Shown here: positions 1-9,100 of the stretch, in pieces
Numbering within the stretch: the first letter of the stretch is position 1
Layout of the letters: each line of letters starts with the position of its first letter
Origin: a virus
Strand: one strand, 5' to 3'
DNA: 64,000 nt
IMG/VR virus record: IMGVR_UViG_3300045988_174111
Coordinates: 40,621-104,620 of that record
Notes under the pieces: generated by a model
Told to the model about the DNA's origin: nothing
What the model saw: only the letters and a program-made list of their open reading frames with translations
Databases searched by the model: none
Position numbers and translations under genes: made by a program

Positions 1-1747
1 TCTCACCTCCGCTAAACGACCAGAATGATTTATATTCGCCCTCGCCATTGATGACCGATACAGTTATCTCCTCTTTGATTTTCCCTTTCGCATTACGTTT
101 GAACCCGTCTATTGATAGGCGAAGTTCTGAACGCTGCTTCTGTAAGGACATATTCGCGAAGTTCTGAATTATCCGTAACTGCTCACAGGCGAGGCTCATC
201 TTGAACTCCTTGAAACGCAATCCCCACTGTACCATGTCTGATACCTGTTTCTCGCACTCTCCGTATTCCTTGTTTGCCTTTTCGAGTTTCTTTTTCGTCA
301 GGGCAACAAGACCTTCCAGTTCGGCTTCCTTGGTTTCCATTTCAGCCTGTTCAGCCTTTTCAAGATGTTCAACCAACTGTTCGCTCTCACTGTTACAACG
401 TGATTGAATCCCTTCTTGATGCTTGATATCTTCTTGGTAGGAGGATATCATTTGGTTGCTTCGGGTTATCTCCCCACGGATTTTTGTTATCTCCGCTTGA
501 ACCTCACGAATGGCTCTAACTGTACCCTGTTCCTGAACACGTATCTTCATGAACTTGTCGTCGTACTTCTTCACTCGTTCCTCGAATGAGTTAAGTTCTT
601 CCAACGCTGTTTTCGCAAGGTTTTCCTGGGTCTCGGCTTCCTTCTTCTGGCTTTCAATTTTCTTCCGAGTAGTAGGAACATCAACCGTTTCATCTGATGT
701 CACGAACTCCGTTCCACACTTCGGACACTTTACAGTTCCTTTCAAGATAGCCGTGAGGCGGTTGGCTTCGGCAGTGTACTGTGAGGACAGTTCCTGTGCT
801 GCTTTACGCTTCTTCCTCGCTGCCTCTACCTTTGTATCGGTCGAAGAACGTTCTTTCGTTAGAGAGTCATATTGAGCCTTATAGTCAATCGCTTCTAATC
901 CCTCTAACTTCTTAGAGGCTTCAGCGACTTTCTTCTGGTTGTCCTTGATACTCTGTTCAGCCAACTTGATAGCCGTCCGGGAATTCTCAATCTTCTTTTC
1001 CGCTCCGTCGTACTCCTGTATGACAGCGTCAATTCGTTCGTTTATACGCTCTATAAGCGATTGTCGTTCCTCCTCAAGATTACGTTCTCGCTCCTCAGCC
1101 AACTGTGTCTCATAGACGCCCAATTCACCCTCTATCTTCTGAACCTTTCCCAAGGCAACAGCCTTCTTCTCTTCCAACGGCTTAATCTTCTCTTTGATTA
1201 CGCTGTCAGAGTCGTCTAACTGTTCAGCCTTAATGAAGCGGTTTATCAACGACAGTTTGTCGGAGTTGGATGACGAAACGAATGACTTGAAATTCTCCTT
1301 GTTAAGGATATAAAAACTCTTCAGGTCTTCCGAGGATATACCTATCCAGTTCAAGATGTAAGCGTTTCCGTCATTGACGGTTGCTACCTGTACCGAACCC
1401 TCTTCCTCATTAATCATGAGTTCCAATGACGCTGAACCTTTCTGTCTCAGGGTTCTATGTATATTCAGCGTTTCTTTCCGTATCGGGCAGTAGATGTCAA
1501 GCCAGATGTCCGCCTCTTCTTCACCCCACAGGATTAAGTCCCTGTCAAGTGTTTGTTTCTTGAGCGAGTTAGCAAGGATTGCATACGCAATCCCTGCTTC
1601 CATCGTACTCTTCCCTGCTCCGTTCGTTTCCTTTGACTCTATCTCCGTCAGGTTCTTTCCCTTGATTAAGACAGGCTCATTCACGAACTTATGTTTCAGT
1701 TCCTTGAATGACAGGAAATTCTTCAAACGCAAATAGGTGAGTTCCAT
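1..1747 (-). CDS. SbcC/Rad50-family (T4 gp46-like) recombination ATPase, 3'-partial (runs off the left edge)
   Basis: Absent from the ORF track because it stays open to the window edge. My translation from the ATG at 1745-1747 reads MELTYLRLKNFLSF...TNGAGKST (Walker A). A long coiled-coil region follows, containing a CPKCG zinc-hook-like motif. The sequence ends with ...FWSFSGGE (ABC signature) at the edge. It lies next to SbcD-like and RecA-like genes. Confidence 0.8.
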   Translation of the reverse strand, partial: MELTYLRLKNFLSFKELKHKFVNEPVLIKGKNLTEIESKETNGAGKSTMEAGIAYAILANSLKKQTLDRDLILWGEEEADIWLDIYCPIRKETLNIHRTLRQKGSASLELMINEEEGSVQVATVNDGNAYILNWIGISSEDLKSFYILNKENFKSFVSSSNSDKLSLINRFIKAEQLDDSDSVIKEKIKPLEEKKAVALGKVQKIEGELGVYETQLAEERERNLEEERQSLIERINERIDAVIQEYDGAEKKIENSRTAIKLAEQSIKDNQKKVAEASKKLEGLEAIDYKAQYDSLTKERSSTDTKVEAARKKRKAAQELSSQYTAEANRLTAILKGTVKCPKCGTEFVTSDETVDVPTTRKKIESQKKEAETQENLAKTALEELNSFEERVKKYDDKFMKIRVQEQGTVRAIREVQAEITKIRGEITRSNQMISSYQEDIKHQEGIQSRCNSESEQLVEHLEKAEQAEMETKEAELEGLVALTKKKLEKANKEYGECEKQVSDMVQWGLRFKEFKMSLACEQLRIIQNFANMSLQKQRSELRLSIDGFKRNAKGKIKEEITVSVINGEGEYKSFWSFSGGE

Positions 1748-1748
1748 A

Positions 1749-2711
1749 CTAAATTGTTTTCATGATTTGTTCTTCGATTTCTTCCGCAAGGTCAATGTCG
1801 CTTGAGATTATCTCACGAGCCTTTTCTTGACCCTGTGCCAGCGTCTTTCCTTTGTATTTAAAGAACGAGCCAGCCTTTTCAATGATTCCCCGTTCAACTC
1901 CTACGAGTAACAGTTCCGAAGCCTTATCAATTCCCTCACCGAAGCGAATGTCGAACTCGGCTTTCCTGAACGGAGGCGCAACCTTATTCTTCTCAACTTT
2001 CACCTTGATGTGGTTAGCGGTTTCTTCGCCACGGTCTCCAACTGTACCCGACTTCGCAATGTCCAACACCTGCGAAGAGTAGAAGCCAAGAGCCTTTCCT
2101 CCTGGAGTAGTCTTCGGTGAACCGTACACCACGCCAATCTTGTCACGATACTGATTGATGAAGATTACCAACTGTTGGTTCAGTTTAATGTCACCAATCA
2201 ATCCGGGAAGCCACGTAGCCATAAGCCGAGCCAGCACGCCCATCTTAGCATCACCCACATCGGCTTCCAAATAACATTTAGGGAACATTGCCGCCACCGA
2301 GTCCATCACGATTGCTCCGATTGCTTTCGACTTAACAGCCTCTCTCATGATTTCGAAACATTCTTCCGCAACTCCTGGTTGGCACAGAATAAACATCTCC
2401 GGAGATATGTTCACCCCCAGTGCTTCTACATAATCCATGTCAATTGCGTTCTCACGGTCTATGTAGAGAACCGCTTTGCCCGTCTGTTCCTGTATGTTCT
2501 TACAGGCTGTCAGAGCCAACGTAGTCTTTCCTGAAGACTCGTAGCCACGCAATTCAATGATACGACCCATCGCATAACCGCCACCAAGTGCCAAGTCGAG
2601 CGACAGGCTTCCTGACGATACGAACTCTACTCCTTGAGTATTGTTTCCCGCCACAACTTCTTTGCCGAACTTCTTTTGTAGGGAGTTCACCAAATCTTCT
2701 ACTCCTGCCAT
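1749..2711 (-). CDS. recA: RecA/UvsX-family recombinase
   Basis: Walker A GYESSGKTTLAL. MDSVAAM and VIFINQYRDKIGVVYGSPKTTPGGKALGFYSS match the RecA core motifs. Ends in TAG. Confidence 0.93.
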   Translation of the reverse strand: MAGVEDLVNSLQKKFGKEVVAGNNTQGVEFVSSGSLSLDLALGGGYAMGRIIELRGYESSGKTTLALTACKNIQEQTGKAVLYIDRENAIDMDYVEALGVNISPEMFILCQPGVAEECFEIMREAVKSKAIGAIVMDSVAAMFPKCYLEADVGDAKMGVLARLMATWLPGLIGDIKLNQQLVIFINQYRDKIGVVYGSPKTTPGGKALGFYSSQVLDIAKSGTVGDRGEETANHIKVKVEKNKVAPPFRKAEFDIRFGEGIDKASELLLVGVERGIIEKAGSFFKYKGKTLAQGQEKAREIISSDIDLAEEIEEQIMKTI

Positions 2712-3763
2712 TGCATTACTTCTTTTAATAGTTTATATCCTTCATCATATTCGTAGCCTTTTTCATCGCAAAATGCTTTGAACTTTTCGGCTATATCTGT
2801 TCCGGACAGTTCCTGAACCACTTCGGCTTCCTCAGCCTCCGTGACTTCAACGTCCGTGTACTTTGCTTTCACCGAGATACCGTGTTCGGTGAAGACTTTT
2901 TTGTTGACAGCCTTAACAGCCTGTTGGTCTCCCACAAGCGTTATCCGAACGTTGATGCCATCTGTGTTCGTTTTAGCGAGTTTTAATATCTCTTCCTTTG
3001 AGGTCTTAAGGACATCAACTTTTATTTCCTTATACGGAACGAATTGAGCCTTTACGAACTCGAAGGACGTATCGCTGTACAATACCGTAAATCCCTTCTC
3101 CTCATCTTCCCCGAAGTTATTCTGACGGGTACTCGGTAGGTGAAACACGTTGGCTCCTGGTTGCTGAGCGTCATGATAGTGTCCCAGCATGACCTTTCCG
3201 TACTTCGAGAACAGTTTCAACGGAATCTTGTTATTCACGACCTTCCCATCATTATTGATAGAACCCTGTACGGCTGTATGGCTGAACAGGATTGATATCT
3301 TACTCTTCGGAGTAGGTAGTTCAGCGAACTTCTCCAACCATACGTCTTGTGCGTAGAATGGTAAGAAGTGGCATTCAACCCCTTTCAGGTCTATACACGT
3401 AGGAACTTCAAAAAGATTGAAGCCTGGATGATATTTATATGATGTCAAAAAACTTTCGTCAGACTCATAATCAGTTTTATCGTGATTCCCAGGAATACAA
3501 ATCAAAGTAATTTCATTTTCATTGTACAATTCTATCATTTCCGTCAAACACGAAAGAAGTTCCTGTCTTTGACTTAATCTCGAATCAAATATATCCCCCA
3601 GCCATATCACAATGTCAACGCCTTTTTCTTTTGCCAAAGCTATTTCCTGCTCGGCAATATTCATAAGCTCAACTGCATTTGATTCTTGTAAATGCTTATC
3701 CGTACTTATTATTGCGATAGGTTCTTTTCCCATAATCGACTTTTTAATTGAAAGCCCAGACAC
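2699..3763 (-). CDS. SbcD/Mre11-family nuclease (metallophosphoesterase)
   Basis: Calcineurin-like phosphoesterase motifs ISTDKHL, WLGDIFD, PGNHD and GHYH. Paired with the SbcC-like ATPase gene. Confidence 0.85.
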   Translation of the reverse strand: MSGLSIKKSIMGKEPIAIISTDKHLQESNAVELMNIAEQEIALAKEKGVDIVIWLGDIFDSRLSQRQELLSCLTEMIELYNENEITLICIPGNHDKTDYESDESFLTSYKYHPGFNLFEVPTCIDLKGVECHFLPFYAQDVWLEKFAELPTPKSKISILFSHTAVQGSINNDGKVVNNKIPLKLFSKYGKVMLGHYHDAQQPGANVFHLPSTRQNNFGEDEEKGFTVLYSDTSFEFVKAQFVPYKEIKVDVLKTSKEEILKLAKTNTDGINVRITLVGDQQAVKAVNKKVFTEHGISVKAKYTDVEVTEAEEAEVVQELSGTDIAEKFKAFCDEKGYEYDEGYKLLKEVMQWQE

Positions 3764-3788
3764 ACGTGTCTGGGCTCATATTCAATTA

Positions 3789-5201
3789 TTAATTTGCTTT
3801 TTTCTTGTTTCGCATTTCGCGAATACGTTCAATTGCACTTTTGCCTGAAGAGCTTCCCGCATCACTAGGGGGATTTACACCCGCAGGAGCTTCTGGTTCA
3901 GGCTCTGGCTCTGGGTCTGGGTCATCATCCGTTGTTCCTTCGGCCTCTTCGTCGACACCATCCCATCCAGGAACGTGTTCAATATCATAGCCAAGGTCTT
4001 CATGTTTTAAAGCCAACTGGTAAGCTTCTTCAAGCTCTTCGCCCTCAAGTTCCAAAGCTTCATAGCCATCTCCATACTGACGAATAAATTCTTCATTGAC
4101 CACTTTCAATTTGTCTTCCGGAGTAGGTTCAGCAGCCTTTTTCTTTGTTACAGCCTTTTTCGCCGGAGTCTTGGCAGCTGGCATAGGTTTTCTAGCAGCT
4201 TGCGGTTCCGGAGCTTTTTCTTCTTCCTTGTTCGGGTCAAAAGGTAAATCATCATCCCCAGACGGTGAATCACCTGCTTTCTCTTCTACCATACCTTGAA
4301 GTTCTTCAACCATGTCGAGGAAATCATCCTGTGCGAAAATCTTGTAGGAGTTTGCATCATCAAAACGCTTCAGACCGTCAAGGGCGAGGTCAAAATCGCG
4401 TTTTGTGTACGAATTAACATACAGTTTTTGAAGACTGGGCAAACCTTCCAATTCTTCAAGAATTTTATCAGGTACAGCATTTTTTTCAAAATAGTCATCC
4501 CAAGTCTGGCCCATTTTCAATGGCAACGACTTAATAGTTTCAACAGTCTTGTTATTGTCGTCTTTTCCGCGACTCCATTGAATAGGGAAGCCCGTTGTCG
4601 GGTCGGAAAACATATCAATCGCTGCAGTATCGTTTTGGGCACACAAATCAGCAGACTCCTTATTCAAGGCTTCCATCTGTTTTGGTTTCAGGCTGTCACG
4701 CCAAATCTTACCCTCAATCAGCGCATAATATACATATTCCAACTGGGGGCGAATTCCTGGAACCCAAGTTCCGTTTTTCCCACCCATACGATACCCCGTG
4801 ATAGGATTCAGGAATCGAGCACGTTCATCTTTGTCCTGGATTTGTTCCGCCTGTTCATATACTCTCTTGATGTACTCTTCGATGATATCGAACGGATAAC
4901 CGCCATGAAGCGTCGCAAGGAAAATTTTCTTATTAGCAATTTTCTTCCCAGTTACTTTTCCGTCCTTGTCCTTTTCATCGACTTCGCATTTCAGCATAGC
5001 TGTCAGCATAGGAACATACGGACTATCTCCTGGCTCATGTGCCGGAAGAACACGCTTAATGGTGATACCGTCTTTCTGTTTCCAAAACTGAGCATAGTCC
5101 CCTTTTTGACCATAATAAGTGTCATACTGTTTAGTTTGCTGAACTGTGTCGCTTACTGTAGAAAGTGGCGCGGCTTTCCATTTACTTCTGTCTAATGCCA
5201 T
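3789..5201 (-). CDS. Hypothetical protein, possible ssDNA-binding or replication accessory protein
   Basis: 470-aa ORF between the recombination and polymerase genes. It has an internal GDDDLPF motif like the bacterial SSB C-terminal tip, followed by AKKA/PEPEPE low-complexity sequence. The function is inferred only. Confidence 0.4.
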   Translation of the reverse strand: MALDRSKWKAAPLSTVSDTVQQTKQYDTYYGQKGDYAQFWKQKDGITIKRVLPAHEPGDSPYVPMLTAMLKCEVDEKDKDGKVTGKKIANKKIFLATLHGGYPFDIIEEYIKRVYEQAEQIQDKDERARFLNPITGYRMGGKNGTWVPGIRPQLEYVYYALIEGKIWRDSLKPKQMEALNKESADLCAQNDTAAIDMFSDPTTGFPIQWSRGKDDNNKTVETIKSLPLKMGQTWDDYFEKNAVPDKILEELEGLPSLQKLYVNSYTKRDFDLALDGLKRFDDANSYKIFAQDDFLDMVEELQGMVEEKAGDSPSGDDDLPFDPNKEEEKAPEPQAARKPMPAAKTPAKKAVTKKKAAEPTPEDKLKVVNEEFIRQYGDGYEALELEGEELEEAYQLALKHEDLGYDIEHVPGWDGVDEEAEGTTDDDPDPEPEPEPEAPAGVNPPSDAGSSSGKSAIERIREMRNKKKAN

Positions 5202-5225
5202 AAAATTAAAATTTAAAATTATAAA

Positions 5226-5552
5226 TTATTTTGTTGATTTTATTATCCTTGAAACACTTTCAAGGAATTCATTCTCATAAGTCTTAATAGATTCCATCAA
5301 TTCAATGATGTCTTCAGCATCCTGACCAGCTATTTTATGAGCAATTAGCTGTAAGGCTCTCGGGAGCGAGCACCCATAAGCCATATCATCCATCTTTCCA
5401 TTTGGGTGCCTAGTACTCTCAGATTTTTTAAGTTGATAGACATCATAACTTGACGCATGACTTTCAACGGGTTTTATGTAAAATTCTTCCGTTACTTTAA
5501 TATAACCTTTAAATTCTTCCTCTGCACTCAAATAAGCTTGTTTCTTTGACAT
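5226..5552 (-). CDS. Hypothetical protein
   Basis: 108-aa ORF, co-oriented with its neighbours, with a TAnnTTTG promoter motif upstream. Confidence 0.65.
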   Translation of the reverse strand: MSKKQAYLSAEEEFKGYIKVTEEFYIKPVESHASSYDVYQLKKSESTRHPNGKMDDMAYGCSLPRALQLIAHKIAGQDAEDIIELMESIKTYENEFLESVSRIIKSTK

Positions 5553-5589
5553 AATTTCGATTATTAAATTAGACTTAATTTTTACGCTA

Positions 5590-5597
5590 CAAAGGTA
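5590..5597 (-). promoter_or_regulatory. Bacteroidota-type -7 promoter element (TAccTTTG on the minus strand)
   Basis: Plus strand caaaggta equals minus strand TACCTTTG. A TTTG (-33-like) element at 5617-5620 lies 19 nt upstream. The motif is 38 nt upstream of the ATG at 5552. Confidence 0.5.
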
Positions 5598-5642
5598 TTG
5601 GAAAAATTCGAATTTACAAAGAAATCAACCGATTTTTCTTCA

Positions 5643-6173
5643 TTAAAATCCAACTTTCTTTATAAAGAAAGAATTCACACTACCTTCGACAAGCTCATTC
5701 AGGAATTCAGTAGGAGTGACGGGCTTCAGCAGATTATTCAATTTCTTTGACTTGTCCTGAACCGCCCATTGAAGTGCATCTAATACACTGAAATTCTTTT
5801 GTGCCTCAATGTATTCTATACACAGTTCTTGATATTTCTCATCAAGCAAAAGAGCTTCATCCAAAGCCTTTTCAGAAAGTTTTATTTCTTCATCTTCAAT
5901 TGTAAATTTGCCTCCATTTCGGTTCGCTTCTCTTCGCCATTCCTTTTTTGTTTGAGCCTCATACACATCCTTTTCTAATTTACATTCAGATACTTTCTTT
6001 TCGGCCTCGGCTCTAAGTAGCCCTACTTTATTAAGAAGGGCACTAACTGTAACCGCCTCTCCATATAAGTTACTGTAATCAATTGACGTCAGTCTATCAA
6101 TGTCAACGCTATCTTCGAACCCATTAGTAACCAAAGTTACAGGGGTCTCGTTAAAATGTACCAATATATCCAT
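5643..6173 (-). CDS. Hypothetical protein
   Basis: 176-aa ORF immediately downstream of the polymerase gene. No recognisable motif. Confidence 0.65.
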   Translation of the reverse strand: MDILVHFNETPVTLVTNGFEDSVDIDRLTSIDYSNLYGEAVTVSALLNKVGLLRAEAEKKVSECKLEKDVYEAQTKKEWRREANRNGGKFTIEDEEIKLSEKALDEALLLDEKYQELCIEYIEAQKNFSVLDALQWAVQDKSKKLNNLLKPVTPTEFLNELVEGSVNSFFIKKVGF

Positions 6174-6195
6174 TGTTTTATTCCTTTATTCGTAA

Positions 6196-9100
6196 TTATA
6201 ACGTCAAAGTCACTATATTCGTTTCGAAATTCGCTCTTAAAATATTTGAATCCTTACGATTATCGTATGACAAACAACCATTTATAATAATTAAGTTCGA
6301 GCGGCTTCCCTCTAAAAGAGATGCCAATTGCTCATATTCCTGTTGAAATATAATGACTTCTAAGAATTCGTAATTTGCCTCTAAAATCAATCTGCACATA
6401 GTGTCACCTTTCCGAGTCTTTTTAATTTCCATATCGGAAACATAACCCGACACAACGACATATCCATTGTTAGGGCGGGAATCCGTATCATTACAGTCTT
6501 CTACATTCGCAAATTCATAGGCATCCGGGAATTCTGACTTGAATCTTTCAAAGATTTGTTGATAGTCAAAGAAGGCCAATCCTGAAACTTGTTTTTGTAG
6601 CAAAGCCCACCACCAAGAATCATTTGCGTGTAAATCCGCTCCTGACAGTACAGGGTCGTCGTCTTTTACTTCTGCTTTAACCCCTACTAAAAAGTCAACA
6701 AGCAAATCAATTCGCTTAGAAATATCAGTAATGCCTTCTAATTTGTCAAATGCCCCTGCCAAAATTAAATTTCGAATAATTCTATTATTCACAGCAGAAC
6801 CTTTCCATTTGTGCCTTGTAATAAAATCATTCAAAGACCAATACTGGCCATTTTCTTTGCGTTCCTTAATAATTTGAGTCGCGGCTTTTTCTGCGACTTG
6901 TTTTACCCCAGTAATTGACCAATATAACGCCTTTTCTTCGAAATTAATCACTACGTCAACATCGGAAACATTAATGTCAACTGGGCGAACTGTGCAAACG
7001 CCTGTCTTATTTATTTCTGCAATGTATCTTGAGTAATCTGTGTCCAAAGCATATTTAAACGCAACTGACCAATACTCAATAGGATAGTGAACCTTTATCC
7101 ATTGTGAAATATAGCCTGTAATCGCATAGGCAGCAGCGTGGCTTCGGTTGAACAGGTACGTCGAAGCCTTATCAATAGCGTCCCACACCTTTTCAGAGTA
7201 TTCCTGGGTGACGTTATAGTTGTCCCGATAGTAAGGGATAAACCGTTCTTTATACTGCTGGAGAGCCTCGTATTTCTTCTTTACCATCGCTTTACGAACA
7301 TCATCGGCTTCCACCAATGACAGCCCACCCAACTCACGACAAAGTTGCATGATTTGTTCTTGGTAGCAATTATGGACAATTATTCCTCCAACTGTGAAAC
7401 TATGAATATTTTCGACAGAGATATCATAGACCACCCTCTCCTCATCGTGTACAACTTCCTTCACCCTCCCCCACATATAATTCGTAGGAGATTTTCTTGA
7501 AATTTTCTTTTTAGAAAGCATTCGATACGGTAAACAATAAAACAAATCTTTCCAAGAAACTGTCAATTTATTCAATCGGGGGAAAATAGAAGAATGAATC
7601 TGATAAGACTGTAAAGCAAAATATATGTCCTCAAGAAGAGAATTATTGCACATCTTCAAAGTATCATTTTTCAGGCACCCATCGCCCTCTAATACCCCAG
7701 CAATCATATCCAAAGAATAATTACTTGGCAACCTTTTTTCATAGCAATTCTTCAGATAAAGTCCATATTTTTTCAAAAGACTATTAAATTTGTTTTCTTG
7801 ATAATTTTTACTAAAAAATCCATTCGATTTTCCTGAAACAGCTTTAACAGTCACTCTGATAGATTTACCAACATTTCCAGATTTTTTCACCTGTGAACGT
7901 TCTTTTATTGTAACCTCAAAATCAGAATCTAATTCAAGTAACAATTCCCTTAATCTATTTGCAATTTCAAGATTTGAAACTGTAAAATATGGAGAAGAAT
8001 GCGTCGAAGTTCCTTCCGCAATAAAATACCCAATTAACCAATGCTCAAGTTTTTCCCTCTCCGTCAAGGAGTCAATTCTTACAGGCTTTTCAAACCAACA
8101 TTTTAGTTCATCATTTTTAACAAGATTCTGAGCCTCCACCCATCCACGTTTTGTTAAAATTTTATGGTCTGGAGTACAAACAAGTTCCCTCCCAAAGTTA
8201 GAACGGACTCTAACTGTTTTCTTAACTCCATTATTTTTTAATAACAAAACTTTCTGAAAAGACCCGTCTTCAGTTTTAACCATATCCCCAGGAATAATAT
8301 CCTGGATTTTCTTAATTCCATTAAGAGTCAAAACTTCAGAATTTTCCGCAATACAGAAAACCCCATAAGTGTTATTAAGAATCGATTCCGTTCCAACGAA
8401 ATATTCTATCTCTTTCTTTCCTTCTTTTCTGACCACAAACTCATTGTGGAAGTTGTTCTCCATTGCTCCCGGACGATACAAAGAAATCGCTGCAATAAGG
8501 TCTTCAATATTATCAGGTTTCATTTGCTTACAATACCCTGTCAGCCCAGAACTTCCGAAGTGAAAATTATCTTCATTCCACCCATTCTTAAAGTATCGAT
8601 ATACCTCCTTGTCATCCAAAGGAATACTGAAAATATCCAAGTCCACACCTTCGTGTTCCTTAACTAAACGAACCATATCTTGGAATTTGTCAAACTGTTT
8701 CACTCCAAGAACGTCTTCCTTTAGGAAACCTGCAGCATCCATTTCACCGCCTTCCCATTCAGTCACATATTCATCACCGCTCTTTCGAATAGGAACCCAC
8801 CTAAACATGTCATTTTCATCCGGGAATACCATCATTGCACAAGCATGTATTGACTGAGCTTTAGGCGCAGGCATAATAAGCATTACTTCATTGATAAGGT
8901 CTGGGTGGCTCTTAACAAAATTCTTCACTTTCGAATTGGCACATGCAATTTTGAATAAATCTTCAGGTTTTCTGTCTTTAACATCAAAAGCCTTCATCAT
9001 CTCATTCGTAGACTGGAAATCTAGCCCATAAACTCTGGCCATATCCTTAATCGCAGCTCTTAGCTGAAGAGCACTATATGTTCCGACTGAACAAACCTGA

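Noticed and set aside
3880-3940. Short tandem ggctct/gggtct hexanucleotide repeats.
   Set aside because: They simply encode the (PE)n low-complexity tract of the 470-aa protein. They are too short and too in-frame to be an independent repeat element.
4296-5195. Long plus-strand ORFs in the track, for example 4296-5195 (299 aa), 55085-55495, 60373-60795, 2175-2534 and 20299-20679.
   Set aside because: All lie antisense to longer minus-strand genes that carry clear motifs. Their products are low-complexity, Phe/Leu/Ser/Ile-rich shadows typical of AT-rich antisense frames. No plus-strand promoter or gene organisation is visible.
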